Assembly (NCBI GenBank): GCA_003140175.1
Contig: PLJD01000048.1
Coordinates: 4,275-68,274 of the forward strand
Origin: Actinomycetota bacterium
Lineage (GTDB): Bacteria > Actinomycetota > Acidimicrobiia > IMCC26256 > PALSA-555
Length of the DNA: 64,000 nt
Reading direction: 5' to 3'
Part shown: one piece after another, positions 1 to 8,837 of the stretch
Layout: each line of letters begins with the position of its first letter
Numbering within the stretch: position 1 is the stretch's first letter
Made by a program: the position numbers and the translations under genes
The notes under the pieces: model-generated
What the model was told of the DNA's origin: nothing
The model's database searches: none
Seen by the model: only the letters and a program-made list of their open reading frames with translations

Positions 1-854
1 CCGCCGACGGCGAGCAGGCCGAACGGATTCTCGACAACCGCTTCTACCGCAACATCGCCGGTGCGCTGTCAGGCACCCAGGAATACATGGCCGCCGAGAA
101 GCTCCACGAGCTCTCCGACGAAGGCGGCTACGACCTCATCGTCGTGGACACCCCGCCGTCGCGCCACGCCCTGGACTTTCTGGACGCGCCGCAACGTCTG
201 ACCCGCCTGCTCGACAACCGGATCTTCCGGTTCTTGATGATGCCGACCCGCGCCTACCTGCGGATCGCGAGCAGTGCCGTGCAGCGTTTCCTCCGCACCG
301 TCGGCCGGGTGATCGGCGCCGAGGTACTCGACGACATCGTCGCCTTCTTCCGCGCCTTCGAGGGCATGGAGGCGGGGTTCCGCGACCGCGCCGTCCGGGT
401 CGGTGAGCTCCTGCTCGACCCGTCCACCGCATTCGTGCTCATCACCTCGCCGCGGCGCGATTCGGTCGACGAGGCGGAGTTCTTCGCCGCTCGCCTCCGG
501 GAAGCCCAGCTCGGGGTCAGCGCGCTGATCGTGAACCGGGTTCACCCCGACTTTGGGGGCGGCCCCCCCGACCAGCTTCGCCGCCGCGCCGCCGAGCTGC
601 GCGAACACGGAGATCCGGCCGCGGCCCGACTCGGCGCGCGCTACGAGAACCTCGCCGACTACGCCGAGCTCGGAGACCGCGAGCGCCGTGCGCTGCGCGC
701 CGTCGCGACCCGAATCGGCGCGGCCACGGTCGCCTACGTGCCCTCGCTGCCGCACGACGTCGTCGACTTCGCCGCGCTCGCGGCCGTCGCGAGCCAGCTG
801 TTCGACCACGCCGACGTCTCACCCCCGTCGGCCCAGCACCGCCCGGCTGGGTAA
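1..854 (+). CDS. ArsA/Get3-like P-loop ATPase family protein, 3' part (gene begins left of the window; codon phase starts at nt 3)
   Basis: The frame is open from nt 3 to TAA 852-854, and the first in-window Met is at 87. NRFYRNIAGALSGTQEYMAAEKLHEL, DLIVVDTPPSRHALDFLDAP and VLITSPRRDSVDEAEFF resemble actinobacterial ArsA-like ATPases. Confidence 0.75.
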   Translation, partial: ADGEQAERILDNRFYRNIAGALSGTQEYMAAEKLHELSDEGGYDLIVVDTPPSRHALDFLDAPQRLTRLLDNRIFRFLMMPTRAYLRIASSAVQRFLRTVGRVIGAEVLDDIVAFFRAFEGMEAGFRDRAVRVGELLLDPSTAFVLITSPRRDSVDEAEFFAARLREAQLGVSALIVNRVHPDFGGGPPDQLRRRAAELREHGDPAAARLGARYENLADYAELGDRERRALRAVATRIGAATVAYVPSLPHDVVDFAALAAVASQLFDHADVSPPSAQHRPAG

Positions 855-863
855 CGTCTCGGC

Positions 864-1244
864 GTGGCCACCATCCTCGTCGCTGCCGACGCCGTCTGGC
901 TCCGTGACCAGGTCCGCACCGCGCTCGTCGGTCCTGGTCTCGACGTCATCGAGGTCGACCGGGGCCAGGAGGTTCGTGACGTCGCGGCGGCGCGTCAGCC
1001 TGACCTGGTCATCTTGGACATGCAGATCGCCAACATGGGCGGCGTCGCTGTGGCCCTGGACTTACGGCTCGAGGCCTCCGCGGGACGCCTGCCCGACGTG
1101 TCGATCCTGCTGCTGCTCGATCGCGAACACGACCGGTTTCTCGCCCGGCGTGCCGCCGCCGACGCCGAACTCGTCAAACCCATCGACGCGGGGACGCTGC
1201 GTCGCACCGTCAAGCGGATCCTCGCCGAGCGCGCCAGCGTCTGA
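864..1244 (+). CDS. Single-domain response regulator (CheY-like receiver, no output domain)
   Basis: GTG start, 126 aa. Likely acceptor Asp in LVILDMQIANMGG and conserved Lys in ELVKPID. It starts 10 nt after the ArsA-like stop. Confidence 0.75.
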   Translation: MATILVAADAVWLRDQVRTALVGPGLDVIEVDRGQEVRDVAAARQPDLVILDMQIANMGGVAVALDLRLEASAGRLPDVSILLLLDREHDRFLARRAAADAELVKPIDAGTLRRTVKRILAERASV

Positions 1245-1310
1245 GGCCGACGGCGCGCCGCAGGATCGCGAGAGGAGACGCGGGGACCGCCCGCTACACT
1301 CGCACCGCCA

Positions 1311-1387
<77 letters not shown>

Positions 1388-1413
1388 CCCGCGCCAGACC
1401 TCCGGGCTCGCGC

Positions 1414-2472
1414 CTACCGCGACGCCAGCCGATCGGGTGGCGAGCGCAGCTCCACCAGCAGCTCGGCGAGCTGGACTGCGTTCAGCGCCGCCCCCTTGCG
1501 GAGGTTGTCACCCGTGACCCAGAGGTTCAGGGTGCGCTCCGCGAACGGATCCTCGCGGAGGCGCCCGACGAGCACCGGGTCGATCCCGGCCCCTTCGAGC
1601 GGCGTCGGCGCGCCGTCGCCGCTGTCCACGAGCGTCACGCCCGGGGCCCGGGCGAGTACGACGGCGGCTTCTTCGCGGGGCAGGGCGCGGACGAACCGGA
1701 GGTTCGCGCTGGCCGAGTGCCCGACGTACACGGGGACTCGGACGCAGGTCGGACTGACCTCGAGGTCGGGGGCGTGGAGGATCCGCCGAGCCTCATAGAC
1801 CAGCTTCCACTCTTCGGAGGTGTAGCCGCCCTCGCGTGGGCTGCCGGCGAGCGGGATGACGTTCCCCGCGATGGGCCGCGACCACACCTCACCGGCCTCG
1901 AGGCCCTGACCGGTGGCGCCGGCGCGCCGCAGCGCCTCCTCTTGGCCGGCTCCCTTCGTCCACTGCTCGGCGAGCTCGCGCATCCCGGGCTGCCCGGCCC
2001 CCGAGACGGCCTGGTAGGTGGAGACGACCACGCGTTCGAGACCCGCGGCGCGATGCAGCGGCGCGAGCGCCACGACGAGCACCATCGTCGTGCAGTTCGG
2101 GCAGGACACGATCCCCCGCCGAGCTTCGGTCAGGTCCTCGGGGTTGACCTCGGCGACGACGAGCGGAACATCGGGATCCATGCGGAACGCCGCCGAGTTG
2201 TCGACCACGAGCGCGCCCGCCGCGGCTGCCTTCGGGGCCCACTCGGCCGCCAGCTCGTCGTCCACGTCGACGATCACGAGGTCCAGGCCGTCGAAGCACC
2301 CGGCGCGGAGCCGTTCGCACACCACGTCGTGGCCCGCGAACACCAACCGGCGGCCCTCGGAGCGCGCCGAGGCGTAGACGCGCAGCTCACTCACCGGGAA
2401 CGAGCGCTCCTCGAGGACCCGCAGCATCTCCGTCCCGACGAGCCCGGTCGCGCCGACCACCCCGACCTGCAC
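1414..2472 (-). CDS. asd: Aspartate-semialdehyde dehydrogenase
   Basis: 352 aa. Rossmann N-terminus VGVVGATGLVGTEM and active-site context IVSCPNCTT. It lies 3 nt downstream of aspartokinase, the classic actinobacterial ask-asd pair. Confidence 0.93.
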   Translation of the reverse strand: MQVGVVGATGLVGTEMLRVLEERSFPVSELRVYASARSEGRRLVFAGHDVVCERLRAGCFDGLDLVIVDVDDELAAEWAPKAAAAGALVVDNSAAFRMDPDVPLVVAEVNPEDLTEARRGIVSCPNCTTMVLVVALAPLHRAAGLERVVVSTYQAVSGAGQPGMRELAEQWTKGAGQEEALRRAGATGQGLEAGEVWSRPIAGNVIPLAGSPREGGYTSEEWKLVYEARRILHAPDLEVSPTCVRVPVYVGHSASANLRFVRALPREEAAVVLARAPGVTLVDSGDGAPTPLEGAGIDPVLVGRLREDPFAERTLNLWVTGDNLRKGAALNAVQLAELLVELRSPPDRLASR

Positions 2473-2475
2473 GGC

Positions 2476-2955
2476 TCAGCCCGCCTCGAGCTGGAGGGCG
2501 CGGTGAAGGGCACGCACGGATCGTTCGACGTCTCGCGCTGCGACGACGCACGAAATTCGGATCGACGAGGTCGAGATCATCTCGATGTTGACCGATTCGT
2601 GGGCGAGCACCTCGAACATCGTCGCCGCGATTCCGGGGTTCGTCTTCATGCCCGCCCCGACGATCGAGACCCGGCCGATGTCGGCGTCGTGGGTGACGCC
2701 GCGCGCCTCGAGGTCCTCGACGATCGTGTCCGTGACCTTCCGGGTCCGGGCGAGGTCGTCGCGCGGCACCGTGAACGAGATGTCGGTCTGGCCGGCGCTC
2801 GACACGTTCTGCACGATCATGTCGACGTTGACGTTCTCGTCGGCGAGGGTGCGGAACAGCCGGGCGGCGATACCCGGCCGGTCGGGCACGCCCACGATCG
2901 TCACCTTCGCCTCGGTCACGTCATACGTGACACCGGAGATGATGGCCTGCTCCAT
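2476..2955 (-). CDS. lysC: Probable nested aspartate kinase beta subunit (in-frame internal start)
   Basis: Internal ATG at 2955 (Met247: [22 protein letters not shown]). GAGGAGGA ends 7 nt upstream of it. Nested alpha/beta lysC is documented in Corynebacterium and Mycobacterium. Confidence 0.55.
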   Translation of the reverse strand: MEQAIISGVTYDVTEAKVTIVGVPDRPGIAARLFRTLADENVNVDMIVQNVSSAGQTDISFTVPRDDLARTRKVTDTIVEDLEARGVTHDADIGRVSIVGAGMKTNPGIAATMFEVLAHESVNIEMISTSSIRISCVVAARDVERSVRALHRALQLEAG

Positions 2956-3693
2956 CGACGGGTCCTCCTCGCCGACCCAAGTCCCCGGCTCCCAGGTGAA
3001 GCTCGAGCGGACGTGGACCGGCACGTGGTAGTTGCGGGCGAATTCGACCGAGCGCAGGGCGAGGACCCGACCGCCGGTGGCGGCCAGGTCGAGCATCTCC
3101 TCGTAGGACACCCGGTCCAGGCGGCGGGCGGCAGGCACGAGGCGCGGGTCAGCGGTGAACACCCCGGCGACGTCGGTGTAGATCTCGCACGCGTCGGCGC
3201 CGAGCGCGGCCGCCAGCGCGACGGCGGTCGTGTCGGACCCGCCCCGGCCCAGCGTGGTCACGTCCGAGCTGGTCGAGACGCCCTGGAACCCCGCCACCAC
3301 CGCGATGCTGCCCGCGGCGAGGGTCTCGCGTAGACGCTCGGCCCGCACCTCGACGATCTTGGCCCGGCCGTGGGTCGTGTCGGTCAAGATCCCGGCCTGG
3401 GAGCCGGTGAAGCTCACCGCGTGCTCGCCCCGATCGATGATCGCCATGCAGAGCAGGGCGATCGAGATCCGCTCCCCGGCGGTGAGCAGCATGTCGAGCT
3501 CGCGCGCCGACGGTGTGCTCGACACGTCGAAGGCGAGCTGCTCGAGCTCGTCGGTCGTGCGGCCCATGGCCGAGACCACCGCGAGGACCTCGGCGCCCGA
3601 CCGGCGGGTCGCCACGATGTGGTCGGCCACCGCCTTGATGCGGTCCGGGTCGGCTACCGACGTGCCGCCGTACTTCTGCACGACGAGGGTCAC
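2476..3693 (-). CDS. lysC: Aspartate kinase (alpha subunit reading frame)
   Basis: 405 aa. N-terminus [17 protein letters not shown], followed by an amino-acid kinase fold and two C-terminal ACT-like repeats. Confidence 0.94.
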   Translation of the reverse strand: MTLVVQKYGGTSVADPDRIKAVADHIVATRRSGAEVLAVVSAMGRTTDELEQLAFDVSSTPSARELDMLLTAGERISIALLCMAIIDRGEHAVSFTGSQAGILTDTTHGRAKIVEVRAERLRETLAAGSIAVVAGFQGVSTSSDVTTLGRGGSDTTAVALAAALGADACEIYTDVAGVFTADPRLVPAARRLDRVSYEEMLDLAATGGRVLALRSVEFARNYHVPVHVRSSFTWEPGTWVGEEDPSMEQAIISGVTYDVTEAKVTIVGVPDRPGIAARLFRTLADENVNVDMIVQNVSSAGQTDISFTVPRDDLARTRKVTDTIVEDLEARGVTHDADIGRVSIVGAGMKTNPGIAATMFEVLAHESVNIEMISTSSIRISCVVAARDVERSVRALHRALQLEAG

Positions 3694-3755
3694 GACCAGC
3701 GATGGTACCGGCGTGCCCCCCGCGGAGCCCGCAGGGTTTCGTAGACTCCGCAGCC

Positions 3756-4550
3756 GTGTCCAAAGCCAGCCGGCGGGAACGCCAACGCCAGAACCGCGAG
3801 GCCCGCCGCGAGTACGAGGCGAAGCTCGCCAAGCGACGCCAGCTCATCCGCACCGGGCGCCGGGTCGCGATCTTCGCCATCCCGGCGGTGATCGCGCTCG
3901 CCGTCATCGAGCTGACCAGTGGGGGTGGGTCGAACTCCAGCGCGGCGGTGAACTGCCAGAGCGTCAAGACGCCGCCCGCCAAGACGGTCCATCTCACCGC
4001 ACCCCCGCAGGGCCTCACCGTGGGCGCCAGCTACACCGCGGCGATCCAGACCTCCTGCGGAACGATCGACGTGTCGCTCGACGCGTCCCAGTACCCGAAG
4101 TCGGTCAACAACTTCGTGGCGCTCGCCAACCAGGGCTTCTACGACAACCTGGCATTCGTGCGCGCCGCGAAGGACCTCGTCATCCAGGCCGGCAGCCCCG
4201 ATCAGAGCAACCACACCGCCAACTCCGGCCCCGGGTACTCGATCCAAGCCGAGACGCCAACCACCGCGCCGGGCGGGGAGGCGTACCCGCAGGGCACCGT
4301 CGCGTGGGGCACGACCAGCAGCGATCCGAGCGGCACCGCCAGCTCGCAGTTCTTCATCGTCACGGGCACCGGCCAGGGCCTGGACCCCACCTACGCCATC
4401 ATCGGTCGGTTGACGAACGCGAAGAGCCTCGCGGTGGCGAAGAAGATCGAATCGTTCGCGCCCAAGAGCGGCGACGGCACGCCGACGACCCCGGTGGTGA
4501 TCCGGACGGTGAAGATCACGACCGGCTCGACCACCACCGCAACGACCTGA
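3756..4550 (+). CDS. Membrane-anchored cyclophilin-type peptidyl-prolyl cis-trans isomerase
   Basis: Basic N-terminus and one TM helix ([15 protein letters not shown]), then a cyclophilin core ([24 protein letters not shown]). GTG 3756 is preferred because the longest ORF (ATG 3702) would leave only 8 nt to divergent lysC. Confidence 0.8.
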   Translation: MSKASRRERQRQNREARREYEAKLAKRRQLIRTGRRVAIFAIPAVIALAVIELTSGGGSNSSAAVNCQSVKTPPAKTVHLTAPPQGLTVGASYTAAIQTSCGTIDVSLDASQYPKSVNNFVALANQGFYDNLAFVRAAKDLVIQAGSPDQSNHTANSGPGYSIQAETPTTAPGGEAYPQGTVAWGTTSSDPSGTASSQFFIVTGTGQGLDPTYAIIGRLTNAKSLAVAKKIESFAPKSGDGTPTTPVVIRTVKITTGSTTTATT

Positions 4551-4554
4551 TGCG

Positions 4555-5271
4555 TTAGGTGCCCTCGAGGGCGTCGAGGGTCGAGCCGGTCGGATAGCGC
4601 GCCGCGTCACGTCCCTGGTAGAGGGTCACCGCACCCTCGCCGACGACCCGCCACCCCCCCGTGGGATCCCGGACCAGCGCGGTGCGTTCGTCGACGCCGA
4701 CCAGCTGGGCGGTCGCGGGGAGCAGATCGATCGAACGCTCCCGGAGATGGTCCGCGGCGGTGCCGTGGTACGGGAACACGGCCAAGCCGGCGACCACGCC
4801 CAGGCCGACCGTGTACGCGCCGCCCCGGGGGTCGACCATCGGGTCACACACCAGCGTCGCGCCCGCTCCGGACGCGGCCAGCACACCCCCGGCGTGGAAG
4901 GCGGCGAGCATCGCCTCGAACAACGCGGAGCCCTTGAGCACCGAGCGCAGGTGCAGCGGCGACCCGTCGGAGAGATACACGAAACGCGCCTTGCGCACGA
5001 CGTCGGCCAGCTTCGGATCGTTGGCCTCGGCGCGGTGCAGCACCATGAGCGGCTCGGCGGTCGCGCCCAGCGAGGCCCAGTACTCACACGCCCGGTCCGC
5101 GACCCGCTCGGGGTGCTCGAACGCGGCCGCGGACGGCAACACGACGACCTCGTCGCCGCCCGACGCGGCGAGCAGCTCCGCATCGAAGGCTCGACAGCCG
5201 TCGGTCCACTCGCCGCCACCGACGAGCGCGAGCGTCCCCATGCCGCGCCCGACGCGCTTGGGGTCCGGCAT
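4555..5271 (-). CDS. Peptidase S51 / cyanophycinase-like (class I glutamine amidotransferase-like) protein
   Basis: 238 aa. LALVGGGEW, FVYLSDGSPLHL and VLAASGAGATLV resemble the S51 dipeptidase E / cyanophycinase fold. Confidence 0.6.
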   Translation of the reverse strand: MPDPKRVGRGMGTLALVGGGEWTDGCRAFDAELLAASGGDEVVVLPSAAAFEHPERVADRACEYWASLGATAEPLMVLHRAEANDPKLADVVRKARFVYLSDGSPLHLRSVLKGSALFEAMLAAFHAGGVLAASGAGATLVCDPMVDPRGGAYTVGLGVVAGLAVFPYHGTAADHLRERSIDLLPATAQLVGVDERTALVRDPTGGWRVVGEGAVTLYQGRDAARYPTGSTLDALEGT

Positions 5272-5305
5272 CGGCGCAGCCTAGACGGCAGCGTCGCGCG
5301 CCCGG

Positions 5306-5851
5306 TTGGGGTCCCGAGGCTCCACGACGCATACTGGCGCGGTGGCGTCGGTGACGGTACGAAGGGGCGACCTGTACGAACTGCTCGGGTTGACGCCCCG
5401 CGCGTCCCGCGACGAGATCGCCGCCGCGTTCCGGTCCCACGCCAAGCGTCTGCACCCCGACCGCAACCCCGGCGACCTGCACGCGGCCGAGCAGTTCAAG
5501 GAACTCACCCTCGCCTACCAGACCTTGATCCGGCCGGACAGCCGCGAGGCCTACGACGAGCGTCACCACCAGCCCGGGCGCTCCGCCCCCCCCGCCCCCA
5601 GCGCGCCGGTTGCCACGTCCGCCCACGACCCGATCTTCCGGACCCCCCGGCGAGCCCGGGCCGCGATGGTGTCGGGTGTCGTGTGCTTCGCGCTCGGCGT
5701 CACCGCCGCGGTGCTGCTCGCCGTGGTGAACACCGGCGGGACCGCGGAGACCGTCACCTTGTGGATCGCGGCCATCAAGCTGCTGGTCTGCGGACCTGTC
5801 CTCGTCGGCGCCGGGGCGTACCGGCTGCACCGGCTTGCTACTGGGCAGTAA
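5306..5851 (+). CDS. J-domain (DnaJ-like) membrane protein
   Basis: J domain with HPD motif (DLYELLGL...AKRLHPDRNPGD...FKELTLAYQTL), a Pro-rich linker and two C-terminal TM helices. Start is ambiguous: TTG 5306, or GTG 5342 or 5351. Confidence 0.7.
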   Translation: MGSRGSTTHTGAVASVTVRRGDLYELLGLTPRASRDEIAAAFRSHAKRLHPDRNPGDLHAAEQFKELTLAYQTLIRPDSREAYDERHHQPGRSAPPAPSAPVATSAHDPIFRTPRRARAAMVSGVVCFALGVTAAVLLAVVNTGGTAETVTLWIAAIKLLVCGPVLVGAGAYRLHRLATGQ

Positions 5852-5889
5852 CCTAGAGGCTTCCTTGCCGCCGGACGAGGGGACACGGC

Positions 5890-6744
5890 ATGGAGGTCAA
5901 GCGGGTGGGGATCGTCGGCTCCGGGATCATGGGCGCCGGGGTGGCCGAAGTCGCCGCGAAGGCCGGCTTCGAGGTGGTCCTGCGGAGCCGGGCCCAGTCC
6001 AGCGCCGACGCGCTGGCGGCCGGGCTCGAGAAGTCGCTGCACCGCCAAGTCGAGAAGGGCAAGCTCGACGACGCCGAGCGCCGCGCCACCCTGGAGCGGC
6101 TCCGGGTCGTCACCGACCTCGGCGAGCTCGAGGCCTGCGACCTCGTCCTCGAGTCGGTCGTCGAGGATCTGGCCACCAAACAGCACCTGTTCACCGAGCT
6201 CGACCGGGTCTGCGCCGACGGGGCGATCCTCGCGACCAACACCTCGACGCTGCCCGTCGTGGACCTCGCGATGCAGACCGGGCGTCCCGACCGGGTCTGC
6301 GGTATCCACTTCTTCAACCCCGCCCCCGCGATGGCGCTGGTCGAGGTGGTCCGGGCGATCACGACCTCCGACGAGACGGTCAGCGCGGCTCGGTCGTTCG
6401 CCGAACGCTGCGGGAAGGTCGTCGTCGACGTTCGGGACCAGGCGGGCTTCATCGTGAACGCGCTCCTGTTCCCCTACCTCAACAACGCGGTGAAGCTCCT
6501 CGAGGGCAACGTCGCCACCCGCGACGACATCGACGCGGCCATGAAGGGCGGCTGCAACTTCCCGATGGGTCCCCTCGAGCTGCTCGACCTCGTCGGCCTC
6601 GACACCAGCCTCGCCATCCTCGAGGCGCTCTACGCCGAGTTCCACGACCCCAACTACGCGCCCGCCCCGCTGCTGCGCCGCCTCGTCAGCGCGGAGCGCT
6701 GCGGGCGCAAGTCCGGGGCAGGGTTCTACGAATACCGACGCTGA
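5890..6744 (+). CDS. 3-hydroxybutyryl-CoA / 3-hydroxyacyl-CoA dehydrogenase
   Basis: 284 aa. NAD loop VGIVGSGIMGAGVA, plus HFFNPAP and GFIVNALL motifs. GAGGGGA lies upstream of the ATG. Confidence 0.88.
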   Translation: MEVKRVGIVGSGIMGAGVAEVAAKAGFEVVLRSRAQSSADALAAGLEKSLHRQVEKGKLDDAERRATLERLRVVTDLGELEACDLVLESVVEDLATKQHLFTELDRVCADGAILATNTSTLPVVDLAMQTGRPDRVCGIHFFNPAPAMALVEVVRAITTSDETVSAARSFAERCGKVVVDVRDQAGFIVNALLFPYLNNAVKLLEGNVATRDDIDAAMKGGCNFPMGPLELLDLVGLDTSLAILEALYAEFHDPNYAPAPLLRRLVSAERCGRKSGAGFYEYRR

Positions 6745-6814
6745 GCCCAGCCGGGCCGGGCCGTCCCGGATCCGCTCCCAGCCGGGCTCGTCAGGTCCTC
6801 GCGCCGCGACGAGA

Positions 6815-8803
6815 ATGGAGCCGGTGAAGGACCGCCCGTGGATGATGCGGACCTACTCGGGTCACTCGTCGGCTGCCGCCTCGAACGAGCTGTACCGCAC
6901 CAACCTGGCGAAGGGCCAGACCGGCCTGTCGGTCGCCTTCGACCTCCCGACCCAGACCGGCTACGACCCCGACCATCCCCTCGCCCGGGGCGAGGTCGGC
7001 AAGGTCGGCGTGCCCGTCCCGCACCTCGGCGAGCTCCGCACGCTCTTCGACGGGATCCCCCTCGACGAGATGAACACGTCGATGACGATCAACGCCACCG
7101 CGATGTGGCTGCTCGGGATGTACCTCGCCGCGGCTGACGAGCGGGGACTGGACCCGGCCCGCCTCGCCGGCACGACCCAGAACGACATCGTGAAGGAGTA
7201 CCTGAGTCGCGGCACCTACATCTTCGGGCCGGTCCCGTCGCGACGCCTGACCGTGGACCTCATCTGTCACACGGTCCGTCACGTGCCGCGGTGGAACCCG
7301 ATCAACGTCTGCTCGTACCACCTTCAGGAGGCCGGCGCGACGCCCGTGCAGGAGATCGCCTACGCGCTCGCGACGGCGATCGGCGTGCTCGACGCCGTGC
7401 GCGACTCCGGGCAGGTCTCCCCCGACGAACTCCCGCTCGTGGTCGGACGGATGTCGTTCTTCGTGAACGCGGGCATCCGATTCGTCGAGGAGATGTGCAA
7501 GCTCAAAGCGTTCAGCCGCCTCTGGGATCGCCTGACCGCCGAGCGCTACGGCGTCACCGACGAGACGATGCGCCGGTTCCGCTACGGGGTGCAGGTCAAC
7601 TCGCTGGGCCTGACCGAGACCCAGCCGGAGAACAACGTGCAGCGAATCGTCCTCGAGGCGCTGGCCGTGACGTTGTCCCGCGACGTGCGGGCCCGGGCGG
7701 TGCAGCTGCCGACCTGGAACGAGGCCCTGGGGCTCCCCCGACCGTGGGATCAGCAATGGTCGCTGCGGATCCAGCAGATCCTCGCCTACGAGACCGACCT
7801 GCTCGAGTACGAGGACCTCTTCGAGGGCTCCCGGGTCGTGGAGGCCAAGACCACCGAGCTCGAGGACGCCGCCGCCGCCGAACTGGCCTGGGTGCTCGAC
7901 GGCGGAGGCGCGTTCGAGATGATCGACGCCATGAAGGGTCGGCTCGTGCAGAGCCACGCGGCCCGCCGGCGCCGCGTCGAGGACGGCGAGCTCACCGTGG
8001 TGGGCGTCAACGCGTTCACCGAGACCGCGCCGTCACCGCTGCTCACCGAAGACGCCGAGCACTTCTTGGTGGTCGACCCGGCCGCCGAAGCCGAGCAGAT
8101 CGAGCATCTCGAGCGCTGGCGGGCCGAGCGAGACACCGCCGCGGTGCAGCGCGCCCTCGACACGCTCCGCCAGGTCGCGGCCACCGACGAGAACCTGGTC
8201 CCGGCGACGATCGCGCTCGCCCAGGCCGGAGGCACCGTCGGGGAATGGTCCGACGCGCTTCGCGAGACGTTCGGCGAGTACCGGGCGCCGACCGGGGTCA
8301 GCGCCGCGGTCGGCCCCACCAGTGGCGAGCTGATCGCGGTCCGCGAGCGGGCGCAAGCCCGAGCCCGCGAGCTCGGCGGGCCCCTCCGCCTGCTCGTCGC
8401 CAAGCCCGGGCTCGACGGGCACTCCAACGGCGCCGAGCAGCTCGCGGTTGCGGCCCGCGACGCGGGGCTCGAGGTCATCTACCAGGGGATCCGGCTGACC
8501 CCGGCCCAGATCGCCGCCGCGGCCCGCGACGAGGACGTCGACATCGTCGGGCTCTCCATTCTCTCCGGCTCCCACCGCCAGCTCGTGGCCGACACGCTGG
8601 CGCACCTGCGCGACGCCGACGTCGACGCTCCCGTGGTCGTCGGCGGCATCATCCCCGACGCCGACCAGCCCGCACTCATCACCTCGGGTATCGCGCGGAT
8701 CTACACCCCGAAGGACTTCCAGCTGGCCGACATCGTGAGCGACCTCGTCGAGCTCGCCGCCGAGCACCGCCGAGCCACCCGCGCCGCGGCGCCCGCCAGG
8801 TAG
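6815..8803 (+). CDS. meaA: Fused B12-dependent acyl-CoA mutase, MeaA / ethylmalonyl-CoA mutase-like
   Basis: 662 aa. PWMMRTYSGHSSAAASNELYRTNLAKGQTGLSVAFDLPTQTGYDPDHPLARGEVGKVGVPV matches my memory of MeaA/Ecm rather than MutB or IcmA. C-terminal B12 domain LLVAKPGLDGHSNGAEQ...VGLSILSGSH. ccr is also in the window. Confidence 0.75.
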   Translation: MEPVKDRPWMMRTYSGHSSAAASNELYRTNLAKGQTGLSVAFDLPTQTGYDPDHPLARGEVGKVGVPVPHLGELRTLFDGIPLDEMNTSMTINATAMWLLGMYLAAADERGLDPARLAGTTQNDIVKEYLSRGTYIFGPVPSRRLTVDLICHTVRHVPRWNPINVCSYHLQEAGATPVQEIAYALATAIGVLDAVRDSGQVSPDELPLVVGRMSFFVNAGIRFVEEMCKLKAFSRLWDRLTAERYGVTDETMRRFRYGVQVNSLGLTETQPENNVQRIVLEALAVTLSRDVRARAVQLPTWNEALGLPRPWDQQWSLRIQQILAYETDLLEYEDLFEGSRVVEAKTTELEDAAAAELAWVLDGGGAFEMIDAMKGRLVQSHAARRRRVEDGELTVVGVNAFTETAPSPLLTEDAEHFLVVDPAAEAEQIEHLERWRAERDTAAVQRALDTLRQVAATDENLVPATIALAQAGGTVGEWSDALRETFGEYRAPTGVSAAVGPTSGELIAVRERAQARARELGGPLRLLVAKPGLDGHSNGAEQLAVAARDAGLEVIYQGIRLTPAQIAAAARDEDVDIVGLSILSGSHRQLVADTLAHLRDADVDAPVVVGGIIPDADQPALITSGIARIYTPKDFQLADIVSDLVELAAEHRRATRAAAPAR

Positions 8804-8837
8804 CCGCCGAGGACGTCGCCTCCGACGAGCCCCGCGC

